A stretch of 50,347 nt of DNA from Synergistaceae bacterium (GTDB lineage: Bacteria > Synergistota > Synergistia > Synergistales > Aminobacteriaceae). Below the pieces are notes generated by a model. It worked only from the letters and a program-made list of their open reading frames with translations, was not told the DNA's origin and did no database searches. Both the position numbers and the translations under genes were made by a program. The stretch is from NCBI GenBank assembly GCA_017448685.1, contig JAFSKY010000124.1:1-50347 (forward strand), given 5' to 3'. Below, one piece after another: positions 35,614 through 46,002 of this stretch (the stretch's first letter is position 1; the number at the start of each line of letters is the position of its first letter).

Positions 35614-37463
35614 TTTTTGTTGAGGCAAGCCTTCAGGATTTTCATCATCTCCATACTCTTAAACGGTTTTGGCAGAAAATCATCAAAGCCAAGCCCCTTG
35701 TATTTCTCCCTAGGATTACCCTCAGTGTTGGCTGTGAGGGCAATGAATGACGTGTTGACGGCGAAATCTCTTGCGCGTTGAAGTGTCTCTATACCGTCCA
35801 TACCCGGCATCTTGTGGTCAAGAAATACTATGTCGTAATGTTCCGCCTTCATCATCTCTAACGCTTCCTCACCTGATTCAGCCGTGTCAACATGTGCAAG
35901 TGAGTCTTTCAGCATTCCTTGTGCCACGACCAAATTCACAGGCGTATCATCAACCACGAGTATTTTCGCATCCGGCCATGTCGAAGGCCCTTCATCCTCT
36001 TGCGCTTCAGCAGGTGCAGACATCCTCATGAACTCTTCATACTCCTCAAGCGTGATATTTTCCCCCCGTGATATTCTCTGAGGCACAGCAAATGTTACCT
36101 TTGTCCCTTTGCCGTATTCGCTTTCAAGGCTGATACGTCCGCTCATGATATTGATGATGCTCCTTACCAGCGACAACCCAAGCCCCGCCCCGGATATATG
36201 CCTCGTTTCAACGATATTCGCCCGCTCGAATGGCTCAAATATCTTTGCGCTGTCCTCCTCACGCATTCCGATTCCAGTATCCTCAACCGTAAACGTCAGC
36301 ACTATACCCGGATTGCTCCCATCAACTACGCTCCCTGATACCGTGAGAGTGATTGCTCCTTTCTCCGTATATTTGGCGGCATTGCTGAGTAAGTTCGTCA
36401 ATACCTGTTTCAGCCTCAAAGAATCCCCGTACAAATGTTCTGGCATGGCCTTATCCGCGTTAAGGACGAATCGAAGTTCCTCTTTGCCCGCAGTCATATC
36501 AGCAACAAAGCTCTCACATTCCTTGAGGATTTCCCACAAATGATAATCGCTCTCAAACAGTTCCATTTTCCCGGCCTCAATCTTTGAGATGTCGAGAATG
36601 TTGTTGACGATGTTCAGCAGGTGTTCTCCGGCATTCTTGATGTCGTTGGAGGCATCTCGTGTTTCAGGGTCTTTTGCGGCGTTGAGTAGCATCTCATTGA
36701 TTCCGAGTATGGCATTCATCGGTGTGCGTATCTCGTGTGATGTGTTGGCTAGGAAGCTGCTTTTGGCGTGATTGGCGGCTGTTGCCTGACGCACTGACTC
36801 TTCCGTTCTGAGGCGGGCTTCTTCCGTGTCATGCTGGGCTGTAATGAGCTGCCTGTATGTAGGTGCTTCAAGGTAGAAGAATGTGAATACGAGCATCATT
36901 GTAGCGACCGTGTAAACCAGCGGCATATTTTGACGGAAGAGATATTGCAGGATGAATGAGTCAATCAGCATGATAAACAGCAAATTCATCACGATAAACT
37001 GACCATTGCCGTAATATTCCTGATACACAAGCTGAAGTATGAATCCTTCTGCCACAAAAAGAACCGCGAACCCTGGCGAGAATATCATGTAGATTCCATC
37101 ATCCCCGCTGAACATGAACAGCAGTACCACGCTCACCACAAGCGCGAGAAAATGAACGTCCGTGAATCGTCTGCTTATTGTCCTTGTATACGCCGCAACA
37201 TAGCACATGAGGCAGTAAGCGTTGATATTGATTATGGCGTAAAAGACTTTTGTCCAGTTGCCAGCGTATTTCATGCCTGTAGTGATTTCGAGTACTGACT
37301 CGAAGAAGGCCGCCGCTAATGTCGATATTACGAGGAACAAGAATCGCCGATTGATTTCGGATTTTGTCGCCATCCTTCCGCCGAGAAACGCAGAAAGCAC
37401 AAACAGAAATGGAAGCATACTAAGCTCCAAGAATACTTCACTGATATTTGCCGTAGCAGTCAT
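35610..37463 (-). CDS. Hybrid sensor histidine kinase / response regulator with a polytopic N-terminal sensor
   Basis: H-box [13 protein letters not shown] boxes, and a receiver with [13 protein letters not shown] chose ATG 37463; the track ORF runs to 37601. Confidence 0.88.
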   Translation of the reverse strand: MTATANISEVFLELSMLPFLFVLSAFLGGRMATKSEINRRFLFLVISTLAAAFFESVLEITTGMKYAGNWTKVFYAIININAYCLMCYVAAYTRTISRRFTDVHFLALVVSVVLLFMFSGDDGIYMIFSPGFAVLFVAEGFILQLVYQEYYGNGQFIVMNLLFIMLIDSFILQYLFRQNMPLVYTVATMMLVFTFFYLEAPTYRQLITAQHDTEEARLRTEESVRQATAANHAKSSFLANTSHEIRTPMNAILGINEMLLNAAKDPETRDASNDIKNAGEHLLNIVNNILDISKIEAGKMELFESDYHLWEILKECESFVADMTAGKEELRFVLNADKAMPEHLYGDSLRLKQVLTNLLSNAAKYTEKGAITLTVSGSVVDGSNPGIVLTFTVEDTGIGMREEDSAKIFEPFERANIVETRHISGAGLGLSLVRSIINIMSGRISLESEYGKGTKVTFAVPQRISRGENITLEEYEEFMRMSAPAEAQEDEGPSTWPDAKILVVDDTPVNLVVAQGMLKDSLAHVDTAESGEEALEMMKAEHYDIVFLDHKMPGMDGIETLQRARDFAVNTSFIALTANTEGNPREKYKGLGFDDFLPKPFKSMEMMKILKACLNKK

Positions 37464-37603
37464 ATGGAAATGCACATCCCTTTTTGGTGAGTTGTGTGTG
37501 TTAAGTGTTTGATTGCGTTCAGAGTATAGCGCCCTTTTGGTGAGTAACGCGTGATATAATCGCCTCAAAACATCCCAAATCACAAAAGGAAAGAACATCA
37601 AAA

Positions 37604-39031
37604 ATGTTTTTCGTCATCGATTCTGAAAGGCGTCTCAAACGTAGCCTTACCCCGTTAAATGTTTGGTCATTAGCTTTTGGTTGCGTAATAGGTTGGAGCG
37701 CGTTCGTAATGCCTGGTACAGTTTTCCTCAACAACGCCGGGCCTCTTGGAACTCTAATAGCTATGGAAGCTGCTACACTGGTCATGCTGATAATCGCCTA
37801 CAATTACAGCTACATGATAAAGAAATTCCCCATGACTGGCGGAGAACTTATCTATGCAAAAAAGGCATTTGGCGTGATTAACGGCTTCATATGCGCGTGG
37901 TTCTTGAGCCTGTCATATTTATCTGTCATACCCCTTAACGCGACTGCACTTAACCTGATTATGAGGGCTGTAGCTGGGGATATGTTCCAGTTTGGATTTC
38001 ATTACAATGTTGAGGGCTATCACGTTTACGCTGGTGAAATGCTGCTTGCTATAGGCGCGTTGTTCTTCTTCATGGCCATAAGCTCATTGGGCGTAATATT
38101 CACGGGGAAGGTTCAGACGTATCTTGTGATGATTCTTCTTGGTGGGATAATGCTTGTGTCATTCTCGGCATTACTGAGTCCGCAAGCCTCATCCGCAAAT
38201 CTTCATCCTATGTTCCATCCTACAGACGCGTCATTCACTAAGGGCATCTTAGCGCAGATACTAGCAGTAGCTGTTACGGGGCCTCAATCATTCGTGGGAT
38301 TCGACACAGTGCCACAACTTATGGAGGAGGCAAAATTCTCGTCAGACCGCGTGAAGGTCGTAATGGACACGAGCATAGTTTGCGGGGGATTCGTATATAT
38401 CACTCTGACAGTTCTGGCCTGCTCAGTATTTCCGGCTGTATATTCGTCATGGCCTGAGTACATCAACGCTATAGGTAATCTTGAGGGTATTGCGGCATTC
38501 CCGACGCTGAACGCCTCACAGATGATACTGGGCGACAAAGGTCTGTGGATAATAACGGCTTCAGTAATAGCGGCGATGTTGACGGGGATAATAGGTTTCT
38601 ACACAGCGACAAGCAGACTTCTATATTCAATGGCGAGGGATGGAATGATTCCCGAATGGTTTGCGTACCTCAACAAGAACGGAGTCCCTTCACACGCCGG
38701 GTTATTCTGTACCGTGATTTCCGCGCTGACCTGTCTTCTTGGACGTTCAGTAATGGGCTGGGTTTTCGACATGGCCTCTATAGGTGCGTCAATAGGCTTT
38801 GCGTACACGTCATTATCGGCGGCAAAATATGCACTTCGCGAAAAACGCACGGACATACTCATATTCGGTGTGATTGGGTTCATTCTGTCATTGGGCATGG
38901 CGATTCTGCTTCTTGTGCCTATACCGGGTCTTAACGTTTCATTAGGTGTGGAAGCATATACTCTCCTGTTAGCATGGGTAATACTCGGTGTATTATTCTA
39001 CGTAATTCGGCGTAAATGGGGGGGGGTATAA
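37604..39031 (+). CDS. APC-superfamily amino acid permease
   Basis: 12 TM segments. Paralog of the next gene. Confidence 0.8.
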   Translation: MFFVIDSERRLKRSLTPLNVWSLAFGCVIGWSAFVMPGTVFLNNAGPLGTLIAMEAATLVMLIIAYNYSYMIKKFPMTGGELIYAKKAFGVINGFICAWFLSLSYLSVIPLNATALNLIMRAVAGDMFQFGFHYNVEGYHVYAGEMLLAIGALFFFMAISSLGVIFTGKVQTYLVMILLGGIMLVSFSALLSPQASSANLHPMFHPTDASFTKGILAQILAVAVTGPQSFVGFDTVPQLMEEAKFSSDRVKVVMDTSIVCGGFVYITLTVLACSVFPAVYSSWPEYINAIGNLEGIAAFPTLNASQMILGDKGLWIITASVIAAMLTGIIGFYTATSRLLYSMARDGMIPEWFAYLNKNGVPSHAGLFCTVISALTCLLGRSVMGWVFDMASIGASIGFAYTSLSAAKYALREKRTDILIFGVIGFILSLGMAILLLVPIPGLNVSLGVEAYTLLLAWVILGVLFYVIRRKWGGV

Positions 39032-39037
39032 GTAAAG

Positions 39038-40459
39038 ATGGCAACGGTAAAATTACGGAAATGTCTGACAGCGTTTGAAGTGTGGTCAGTAGCATTTGGA
39101 GGTGTAATAGGTTGGGGTTCATTCATGATGCCCGGCACAACGTTTCTGAGGCAGGGAGGGCCTGTAGGGACTCTCGTAGCTATGGAGGTTGCCGCGCTGA
39201 TAATGCTGATAATCTCCTACAATTACGCCTACATGATAAGGAAATATCCTGAGTCTGGCGGGCAATTCATATTTGCGGAAAAAGCCTTTGGGAGGACTCA
39301 CGGTTTCATATGCGCGTGGTTTCTTGGGCTGTGCTACATAATGATAATCCCCATGAACGCCACCGCATTATGTCTGATATTCCGGGCGTTGTCGGCTCAT
39401 AACGTGCTACAACTTGGCGGGCATTACAGCCTTGCGGGATGGGATATATATTCCGGTGAAGTGATTCTTGCTGTTGGGGCATTATGGCTTTTTGCGTGGG
39501 TGAGCAGTTCAGGCGCGAAAATGGCGGGGCGAATGCAGTCGTTATTTGTGGTGTTATTGCTAGCTGGAGTGCTTTTGATTGTCGGCGGAGCATTCTTCAG
39601 CCCTCATGCTGACACGTCAAACCTTCAGCCTATGTTCCATCCTGATTACGCCGGACGCGGGAATCCTTTTGCGCAAGTCATCTCAATACTAGTAGTTGCG
39701 CCGTGGATGTATGCGGGGTTTGACACAGTGCCACAAATGGCGGAAGAGTCATTATTCCCACCATCGCAGGCAAAATTCATCATGGACACCAGCATATTAT
39801 GCGGATGCTTCGTGTACACAGCGTTGACCCTAACGGCTGCAGCTGGGATTCCTGAAGGCTATTCGGGCTGGGTTGAATATGTTGATGACCTTCCGAATCT
39901 GACGGGTCATTCAGGGATTGCGGTATTCTCTGCGGCATATAACATTCTCGGCGACATTGGGATATTCATTGCAGGTGTTGCGGCGTTAATGGCCATGCTG
40001 ACGGGGATATTGGGATTCTACACGGCCTCATCGCGTCTGCTGTACTCAATGGCGCGGGATAATCTTCTGCCTTCATGGTTTGGGAAGCTCAACGCTAACT
40101 GCGTGCCGTCAAACGCTGTGAAATTCTGTATGTTCGTGTCATTCTTTGCGCCTTTTGTGGGGCGTAACGCATTGGGATGGACGGTTGAAATGTCATCAAT
40201 TGGCGGTGCAGTAGGATTTGGGTATACGTCATTGGCGGCGATGAAGTTTGCTCATGCTGAGAGACGTACGGACATAATGATATTTGGCGGGGCTGGGCTG
40301 ATATTTTCGGCGGTGTTTGCGTTCCTACTGCTAGTGCCTGTGAAGGGGCTTAACTGCTCGCTTGAATTACCATCGTATATATTGCTGCTATTGTGGGTGA
40401 TTATGGGGGCTGAGTTATTTTCGAGGATGTCAGGCAGGAAGGCGCAAAAGACGAGATAA
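39038..40459 (+). CDS. APC-superfamily amino acid permease (tandem paralog)
   Basis: Colinear with 37604..39031. Confidence 0.8.
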   Translation: MATVKLRKCLTAFEVWSVAFGGVIGWGSFMMPGTTFLRQGGPVGTLVAMEVAALIMLIISYNYAYMIRKYPESGGQFIFAEKAFGRTHGFICAWFLGLCYIMIIPMNATALCLIFRALSAHNVLQLGGHYSLAGWDIYSGEVILAVGALWLFAWVSSSGAKMAGRMQSLFVVLLLAGVLLIVGGAFFSPHADTSNLQPMFHPDYAGRGNPFAQVISILVVAPWMYAGFDTVPQMAEESLFPPSQAKFIMDTSILCGCFVYTALTLTAAAGIPEGYSGWVEYVDDLPNLTGHSGIAVFSAAYNILGDIGIFIAGVAALMAMLTGILGFYTASSRLLYSMARDNLLPSWFGKLNANCVPSNAVKFCMFVSFFAPFVGRNALGWTVEMSSIGGAVGFGYTSLAAMKFAHAERRTDIMIFGGAGLIFSAVFAFLLLVPVKGLNCSLELPSYILLLLWVIMGAELFSRMSGRKAQKTR

Positions 40460-40481
40460 TACCCGTAATCCTTCATGTAAA

Positions 40482-40853
40482 GAGACGCACGGACATAATG
40501 ATTTTCGACGGTATTTGTGTTCCTGTTGCTTGTGCCTGTGAAGGGGCTTGACTGTTCGCTTGAATTGCCATCGTATATATTGCTGCTTGTGTGGGTGATT
40601 ATGGGGGCTGAGTTGTTTTCGAGGATGTCAGGTAGGAAGGTGGGACGGACGAAATAATACCCGCAAGCCTTCACGTAAAGAAACGTACGGACACAATGAT
40701 TTTCGGCGGTGTTTGCGTTCCTGTTACTTGTGCCAGAATTACCCTCGTATATATTGCTGTTATTGTGGGTGATTATGGGGGCTGAGTTATTTTCGAGGAT
40801 GTCAGTCAGGAAGGCGCAAAAGACGAGATAATACCCGTAATCCTTCATGTAAA
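40482..40853. repeat. Two extra degenerate tandem copies (~198 and ~174 bp) of the last ~220 bp of the permease gene plus its 3' flank
   Basis: Unit starts are gagacgtacggaca (40261), gagacgcacggaca (40482) and gaaacgtacggaca (40680). Each ends ...taatacccg.aa.ccttca.gtaaag. The copies carry out-of-frame indels. Confidence 0.9.
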
Positions 40854-40863
40854 GTGAAAATAC

Positions 40864-40892
40864 TTGACAGCAAAAAGCCCGTTTCATATAAT
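40864..40892 (+). promoter_or_regulatory. Consensus sigma-70 promoter of the ylxM-ffh operon
   Basis: TTGACA, 17 nt, TATAAT. The -10 ends 7 nt before ATG 40900. Confidence 0.7.
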
Positions 40893-40899
40893 CGGCATC

Positions 40900-41256
40900 A
40901 TGATTGACAGCGCAAATAATGACAACGAAATATTATCCCGTAGAATACATTACAACCTGCTCTATGATTTCTACTCGCCACTGCTAACGGAACGGCAGAG
41001 GAAAGTTTACGAGACATTATGCTTCTCTGACCTCACACTCTCAGAGGCTGCTGAAATCTTAGGCGTAAGCAGGCAGGCGGTATATATTCTTGCGCGTAAT
41101 GTCATGGACAAACTTGAAGGCATTGAACGTGATTTGCGTTTGGCCTTCAGCACGAGACAACTTGAGGACAGAATCAAGGTTCTTGAGGCGGAAAATGAGT
41201 CGTTGCGCAAAAAATTGAATGAGAAGGAGACTGAGCGGCCATGTTTGACGCGCTGA
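40900..41256 (+). CDS. ylxM: YlxM/UPF0122 putative HTH protein upstream of ffh
   Basis: LLYDFYSPLLTERQRKVYETLCFSDLTLSEAAEILGVSRQAV. Confidence 0.85.
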   Translation: MIDSANNDNEILSRRIHYNLLYDFYSPLLTERQRKVYETLCFSDLTLSEAAEILGVSRQAVYILARNVMDKLEGIERDLRLAFSTRQLEDRIKVLEAENESLRKKLNEKETERPCLTR

Positions 41257-42575
41257 AGGAAAAACTTTCGGCAATGTTCTCAAAACTTGGGGGCAAAGGC
41301 AGATTATCCCCTGAAGACATTGACGCGGCCATGCGAGATTTGCGCCGTTCACTTCTTGAAGCTGATGTAGATTTCCGCGCAGCAAAGGACTTAATCGCAA
41401 AGGTTCGTGAAAGAGCCACATCCGCAGAAGTCTTGCAGTCAATCACACCAAGCGAGCGTATATCCGCAATCGTCTATGAGGAGCTAATATCCCTCATGGG
41501 TAAGCCCGCTCCCCTCACGATTTCGCCAAAGCCCCCCACGGTTATACTCATGGCCGGACTTCAGGGTTCAGGCAAAACCACCACAACCGTAAAACTTGCG
41601 CGACTCCTCAAAGATTCGCATAAGCCTCTTGTAGTGGCATGTGATTTGAGGCGGCCTGCTGCTGTTGAGCAATTGAGGGTTCTCGCTGATGGGGCAAAAG
41701 TAGCGTTTTTCGGCCCGGAAAAGCCCGGAGATTCTGACGTTCTCGCAGTCGTCAAAGGTGCGGCAAAATACGCCGAGGGACATTTGAACGATGTCATAAT
41801 CCTTGATACGGCTGGAAGGCTTCACATTGACGATGAGCTTATGACGGAGCTAAAGCGCATAGCTGAAATCCTGCCACCCCACGAGAAAATACTTGTTGTT
41901 GACGCTATGACAGGTCAAGAGGCTGTGAACTCGGCAAAAGCATTCCATGAGCTACTCGGCCTCACAGGACTTATACTCACCAAACTTGATGGCGATGCTC
42001 GCGGAGGAAGTGCGCTCTCAATCAGAGCCGTAACAGGTATCCCCGTGAAATTCGCCGGGACTGGCGAGAACACAGACGCTCTTGAACCGTTCAACCCTGG
42101 ACGCATGGCCGGAAGGATTATGGGGATGGGCGATATACAGGGGCTTGCGGAAAAAGTCAGGGCGGCAGGAATAACTCAGGAAGAAATCAAGTCTCCCGGA
42201 AAAATCGCAAAATCATTCGACCTAGAAATGTTGCTGAAACAGTTTGAGCAGCTCGAAAAACTTGGGCCGATTGAGAAAATTGCAGGAATGATTCCGGGCT
42301 TGGACAAGATTAAAGATTTCAGGGCTGAAGATGCAGACGCAAAAGCATTAAAGCGTAGTAAGGCCATAATCCAGTCAATGACCCGCGAAGAGAGACGCAA
42401 TCCGAGAATAATAAAGGGCTCAAGACGGCGGAGAATTGCGGAAGGCTCTGGGACTTCAGTCCAGAATGTGAACCAGTTGCTTGCCCAGTATGAGCAGATG
42501 AAAAAAATGTTCAAGTCATTCACCGGCTCAGGAGGAAGCAGAAGGCTCAAATCGCTTTTCGGTTTCGGCAGATAA
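41241..42575 (+). CDS. ffh: Signal recognition particle protein Ffh
   Basis: Motifs [15 protein letters not shown] and [10 protein letters not shown], plus a Met-rich M domain. Confidence 0.95.
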   Translation: MFDALKEKLSAMFSKLGGKGRLSPEDIDAAMRDLRRSLLEADVDFRAAKDLIAKVRERATSAEVLQSITPSERISAIVYEELISLMGKPAPLTISPKPPTVILMAGLQGSGKTTTTVKLARLLKDSHKPLVVACDLRRPAAVEQLRVLADGAKVAFFGPEKPGDSDVLAVVKGAAKYAEGHLNDVIILDTAGRLHIDDELMTELKRIAEILPPHEKILVVDAMTGQEAVNSAKAFHELLGLTGLILTKLDGDARGGSALSIRAVTGIPVKFAGTGENTDALEPFNPGRMAGRIMGMGDIQGLAEKVRAAGITQEEIKSPGKIAKSFDLEMLLKQFEQLEKLGPIEKIAGMIPGLDKIKDFRAEDADAKALKRSKAIIQSMTREERRNPRIIKGSRRRRIAEGSGTSVQNVNQLLAQYEQMKKMFKSFTGSGGSRRLKSLFGFGR

Positions 42576-42609
42576 CAGCGTAATACTAACAGGAGGTGCA
42601 GATTCAAGA

Positions 42610-42876
42610 ATGGCGGTAAAGATTCGTTTGTCGCGTCAAGGCAGGAAGAAAGCTCCATTTTACAGGCTTGTCGTAGCGGATGAGCGTTCCCCTAGGGATG
42701 GGAAATTCATCGAACTCATAGGCACGTACAACCCTATGACGGATCCGGCTGCGGTAAGCATAAACGAGGAGCGCGCGCTTCACTGGCTGAAAAACGGCGC
42801 AATACCTTCAGACACGGCACGCGGGCTTTTGAAGAAGCAGGGAATCTGGGACAAGTTCAAGTCAAAGGAAGCGTAG
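42610..42876 (+). CDS. rpsP: 30S ribosomal protein S16
   Basis: [24 protein letters not shown]. Confidence 0.95.
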   Translation: MAVKIRLSRQGRKKAPFYRLVVADERSPRDGKFIELIGTYNPMTDPAAVSINEERALHWLKNGAIPSDTARGLLKKQGIWDKFKSKEA

Positions 42877-42956
42877 AAAGACTGCGCATTAACACAAGTA
42901 ATCAGCATCAAAATACTTCATCGTAGACCGCGAACAAAACAGGAGGTGCCACTTTA

Positions 42957-43199
42957 ATGGTCAATTACAAAGAGCTAGTAGAGTTTATCGTCAAACACCT
43001 TGTAACTCAGCCTGACTCAGTTGGAGTTGAGGACAGTGAAGATGATGGCGGGAACAAAATCCTGATACGGGTTGCCCATGAGGACGTGGGGCGGGTAATC
43101 GGGAAGAGGGGAGCAACGATCAACGCTATCCGGCTGTTGGCCAAAGCGGCAGCAGTGAAGGCCGGAGAAAGGGTTGATGTTGACATCATCGAGGACTAG
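42957..43199 (+). CDS. KH-domain RNA-binding protein (YlqC-like)
   Basis: VGRVIGKRGATINAIR, at the conserved position after rpsP. Confidence 0.85.
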   Translation: MVNYKELVEFIVKHLVTQPDSVGVEDSEDDGGNKILIRVAHEDVGRVIGKRGATINAIRLLAKAAAVKAGERVDVDIIED

Positions 43200-43201
43200 C
43201 C

Positions 43202-44338
43202 ATTAACGCGAGCATAATTACGGCATTCCCGGAGCTGTTCACCGAGTTTCTTCGCACAAGCATTCCGGGAAGAGCCGCGGCAAAAAAACTTGTCGGCGTA
43301 AACGTCATAAATCTGCGTGATTTCGGCAAGGGAAATTACAGGCAGCTTGATGATTACGCGTTTGGTTCTGGCGGAATGGTATTTGCGGCTCCACAATTGA
43401 AGGACGCTTTAGACTTCGCAACAGCAAAATTCGAGGGCATTAGGCCGTATGTGGTTTACCCATCACCGCAAGGGGCGTTAATCAGCCAAGAGACAATAGA
43501 GACTCTCGTAAGCCATGAGCATGTGGTCATAATATGCGGACATTACGAGGGAATTGACGAGCGTTTTGTGCAGAAATATGTAGACCTTGAAGTGTCAGCA
43601 GGAGATTTCGTGCTTACAGGCGGTGAGATTCCTGCAATGCTTATAGTTGATGCTATGTCGAGGCTAGTTCCTGGCGTTGTGGGTAAAACAAAGGCCGTAA
43701 TCGAGGACTCATTCTATCGCGGAATGCTGGACAACCCCAATTACACCCGTCCGGCATTGTGGGAAAGGCTTGAAGTCCCTGAACTTCTGACAGGCGGAAA
43801 TGAGCGCGATATTACCCGGTGGAGGCGGCGCGAATCAGTGAGGAGGACTCTGACTCGCAGACCTGACCTTGTAGCGAGAGCCTCAATACGCGAATACGTT
43901 TCAGGCGCGAACATCGCAGTTTTTGCGGGCAATGAGAATGTGAATCTCTCAGGATTACCGGAACTGTGCGAGGCATATAACCTAGGCAGGCCGTACATCA
44001 TCGCCAGAACTCATGAATTGCGCGAGGCCATGAAGGAGTCATATCCGGCGGCAAAAATATTAGGCGACATCCGCAGAGTGTATGAGGTTTTTGGCGGTGG
44101 CGGCGACATCCTCACGGTGAAAGTGTCAGCTATTGCGCGGAAAAACTCCATGCACAGCCTTGAAGCAAAAAGGAAATGCCTCGAACATGGCGGAAATGTG
44201 CTTTTCGTGTTCGCCGAGGATTATGGCATGATTGAGAGCCTTGAAGGGATTTGCAGCTACCTTTACGCGGATGAAGTGAATATCCCGCTGAATGTGATGA
44301 TAGGCGCGGGGCTTGACAGGTTTTTGGGTAAGCGTTGA
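43202..44338 (+). CDS. trmD: tRNA (guanine37-N1)-methyltransferase TrmD with a 154-aa C-terminal extension and a probable ATT start
   Basis: The track ORF starts at an internal ATG (43376, inside the GSGGMVF motif). The same frame is open from 43184 and encodes [13 protein letters not shown]...NLRDF...[10 protein letters not shown], the TrmD N-terminus. There is no in-frame ATG/GTG/TTG. ATT 43202 aligns with the usual Met, and GAGGA lies 6 nt upstream. Confidence 0.75.
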   Translation: MNASIITAFPELFTEFLRTSIPGRAAAKKLVGVNVINLRDFGKGNYRQLDDYAFGSGGMVFAAPQLKDALDFATAKFEGIRPYVVYPSPQGALISQETIETLVSHEHVVIICGHYEGIDERFVQKYVDLEVSAGDFVLTGGEIPAMLIVDAMSRLVPGVVGKTKAVIEDSFYRGMLDNPNYTRPALWERLEVPELLTGGNERDITRWRRRESVRRTLTRRPDLVARASIREYVSGANIAVFAGNENVNLSGLPELCEAYNLGRPYIIARTHELREAMKESYPAAKILGDIRRVYEVFGGGGDILTVKVSAIARKNSMHSLEAKRKCLEHGGNVLFVFAEDYGMIESLEGICSYLYADEVNIPLNVMIGAGLDRFLGKR

Positions 44339-44360
44339 TTTAACGGGAGGAAAAATAAAG

Positions 44361-44723
44361 TTGAACGCAGTAGATTTAGTGCAGAAGAAATACTATAGGG
44401 CAGAGCCGTTACCTGATTTCAGGCCGGGCGACACGCTCAGGGTTCACGTGAAAATCAAGGAAGGCACAAGAGAGCGTATACAGGTCTTTGAAGGCATCGT
44501 GATAGCCAAGCAGCACGGCGGACTTGATGAGACATTCACGGTGAGGAAGATCTCAAACGGTGTAGGCGTGGAGAGAATATTCCCGGTACATTGCCCCAGC
44601 ATAGACAAAGTAGAAGTACAGCGCAAAGGCAAAGTCAGAAGGGCGAAGCTGTATTACTTGCGCAAACTCAGCGGGAAGGCTGCGAGAATCAAAGAGCGCA
44701 GGAAGTTCACCGAAGCTCAGTAG
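44361..44723 (+). CDS. rplS: 50S ribosomal protein L19
   Basis: I chose TTG 44361 after GGGAGGA. Sequence includes [29 protein letters not shown]. Confidence 0.93.
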   Translation: MNAVDLVQKKYYRAEPLPDFRPGDTLRVHVKIKEGTRERIQVFEGIVIAKQHGGLDETFTVRKISNGVGVERIFPVHCPSIDKVEVQRKGKVRRAKLYYLRKLSGKAARIKERRKFTEAQ

Positions 44724-44740
44724 AGAGAGCGAGAAAGAAT

Positions 44741-44775
44741 CCCCTGTCATTACGGCGGGGGATATTTTTTTTTTT
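44741..44775 (+). terminator. Intrinsic terminator after rplS
   Basis: Hairpin cccctgtcattacggcggggg followed by a T11 run. The 21-mer is identical to the rpsI terminator hairpin. Confidence 0.8.
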
Positions 44776-44848
44776 GCCTAAATCATATCATGTAATCAGT
44801 AAAATTACGGTTGTAAAAAAAAATGGTGTGAAAATCGTACAAATTTCC

Positions 44849-45994
44849 ATGAAAGGAGTTTTTCGCGTGAATGTTATAGCGTTCCTGTTTGCGATTATCG
44901 GTGCTACCCTCAATATGTTTCAGCCAGTTATACGCACACCGGCTTCTGGATCAACTTTCACTGGCTCAATGTTTGATGCTGTCGGGACAATCATGACAAG
45001 CAGCTTGCCAGGTGAAGGAGGTACTGTCTTAGCGATTCTGATCTTGGCAGTGCTGTGTCTTGTTCCTGTGGTTGCGGCTGTTACGGGGCTGTTTATTCCG
45101 TCAAGCGAACGTGATAGGACTGTGATAATTCTTTTTCTCTGTGCGCTTGCAGATGGTCTAGCTGCTTGGGAAATTTATCATCTCTCTTCAGAAAGTTTTA
45201 TGTCCCCATTTCTCACAAATTATATTGTTCCATATGCGCAGAAGGTTTCGTTCATTGCTCCGGCTATATGGGCTACGTGCTATCTGATTGCCAGTGTTTT
45301 GGTTATGATTATGATTCTGAAAACGAAGCCAATGGATTCTTCAAAGACTGTTTATAAGTCAGTAGTATTTGGTCTTGGCTGGAGTAAGAAAACGAACTCA
45401 AAGTGTGATTTAGATGCCTGTGCTTTTCTTTTTGCTACTGGGGAATGTATCTTGAGTGCGGATGATGACATAATTTATGGTGGTAATACAAAACTAGAAG
45501 AATATCCGTTAGGCCCGATAGTGCATGGGTCAAAGGCGGTGTGGTTAACTGGTGATAACACGAGCGGTAACACGAAGGAAGGAAACGAGAAGGACGATTT
45601 AGAACAAATTATAGTCCTGCTGGACAAAGTCCCACCGGAAATACACAAAATTGTATTTGCCGTTACAGCTGTCAATTGCAGATTTAGACACGCCACAAGT
45701 CCACATGTCCAGCTTGTGGATATGGTGGATGTGGATGAAGACCATATCAAGGATAAAACGCTGAAGTTCGATCTTACACAGATAGGAAGAAATCTTGATT
45801 CGGATTTGGGAACTTCTACGTTGCAAACCTCAAAGGAGGGAGAAAGTCTGTCAGACAAGGATGCCCTCATTGTTGCGGAAATCCACAGGACGCCTAAGGG
45901 AGGCTGGGGCTGGAACAAAATCGAGGAAGCTAGGGACGGCGGATTTGACTCGCTATGCGAATATTACGGTATTCCGGTTCAGAGTAGGAGGTGA
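44849..45994 (+). CDS. Membrane-anchored TerD-domain protein
   Basis: About 4 N-terminal TM segments are followed by a TerD pattern: VFGLGW....CDLDACAFL, GDNTSG, DDLEQIIV.LDKVP.EIHKIVF.VT, IVAEIHR...GGWGWNKI. GTG 44867 with an AAAGGAG RBS is an alternative start. The track ORF start at 44591 overlaps rplS. Confidence 0.75.
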   Translation: MKGVFRVNVIAFLFAIIGATLNMFQPVIRTPASGSTFTGSMFDAVGTIMTSSLPGEGGTVLAILILAVLCLVPVVAAVTGLFIPSSERDRTVIILFLCALADGLAAWEIYHLSSESFMSPFLTNYIVPYAQKVSFIAPAIWATCYLIASVLVMIMILKTKPMDSSKTVYKSVVFGLGWSKKTNSKCDLDACAFLFATGECILSADDDIIYGGNTKLEEYPLGPIVHGSKAVWLTGDNTSGNTKEGNEKDDLEQIIVLLDKVPPEIHKIVFAVTAVNCRFRHATSPHVQLVDMVDVDEDHIKDKTLKFDLTQIGRNLDSDLGTSTLQTSKEGESLSDKDALIVAEIHRTPKGGWGWNKIEEARDGGFDSLCEYYGIPVQSRR

Positions 45995-46002
45995 TAATTT
46001 CC

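Noticed and set aside
39018-39026. G9 homopolymer in the last codons of the first APC permease as a phase-variation switch
   Set aside because: A +/-1 slip changes or extends only the last few residues (WGGV* becomes WGGYK* or a ~19-aa extension). No on/off consequence is evident.
40460-40863. Possible CRISPR-like or cassette array
   Set aside because: The units are ~175-220 bp homologous copies of a gene end, with no short repeat/unique spacer alternation. No cas gene or recombinase gene lies nearby.
40252-40887. 211-aa minus-strand ORF with an internally repeated sequence
   Set aside because: It runs antisense through the real permease 3' end and its two degenerate copies. Its repeats simply reflect the DNA duplication, and it has no RBS.
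44591-44848. 5' extension of the TerD ORF overlapping rplS and its terminator
   Set aside because: It would read through the rplS coding region and a strong terminator. ATG 44849 or GTG 44867 with an RBS fits better.
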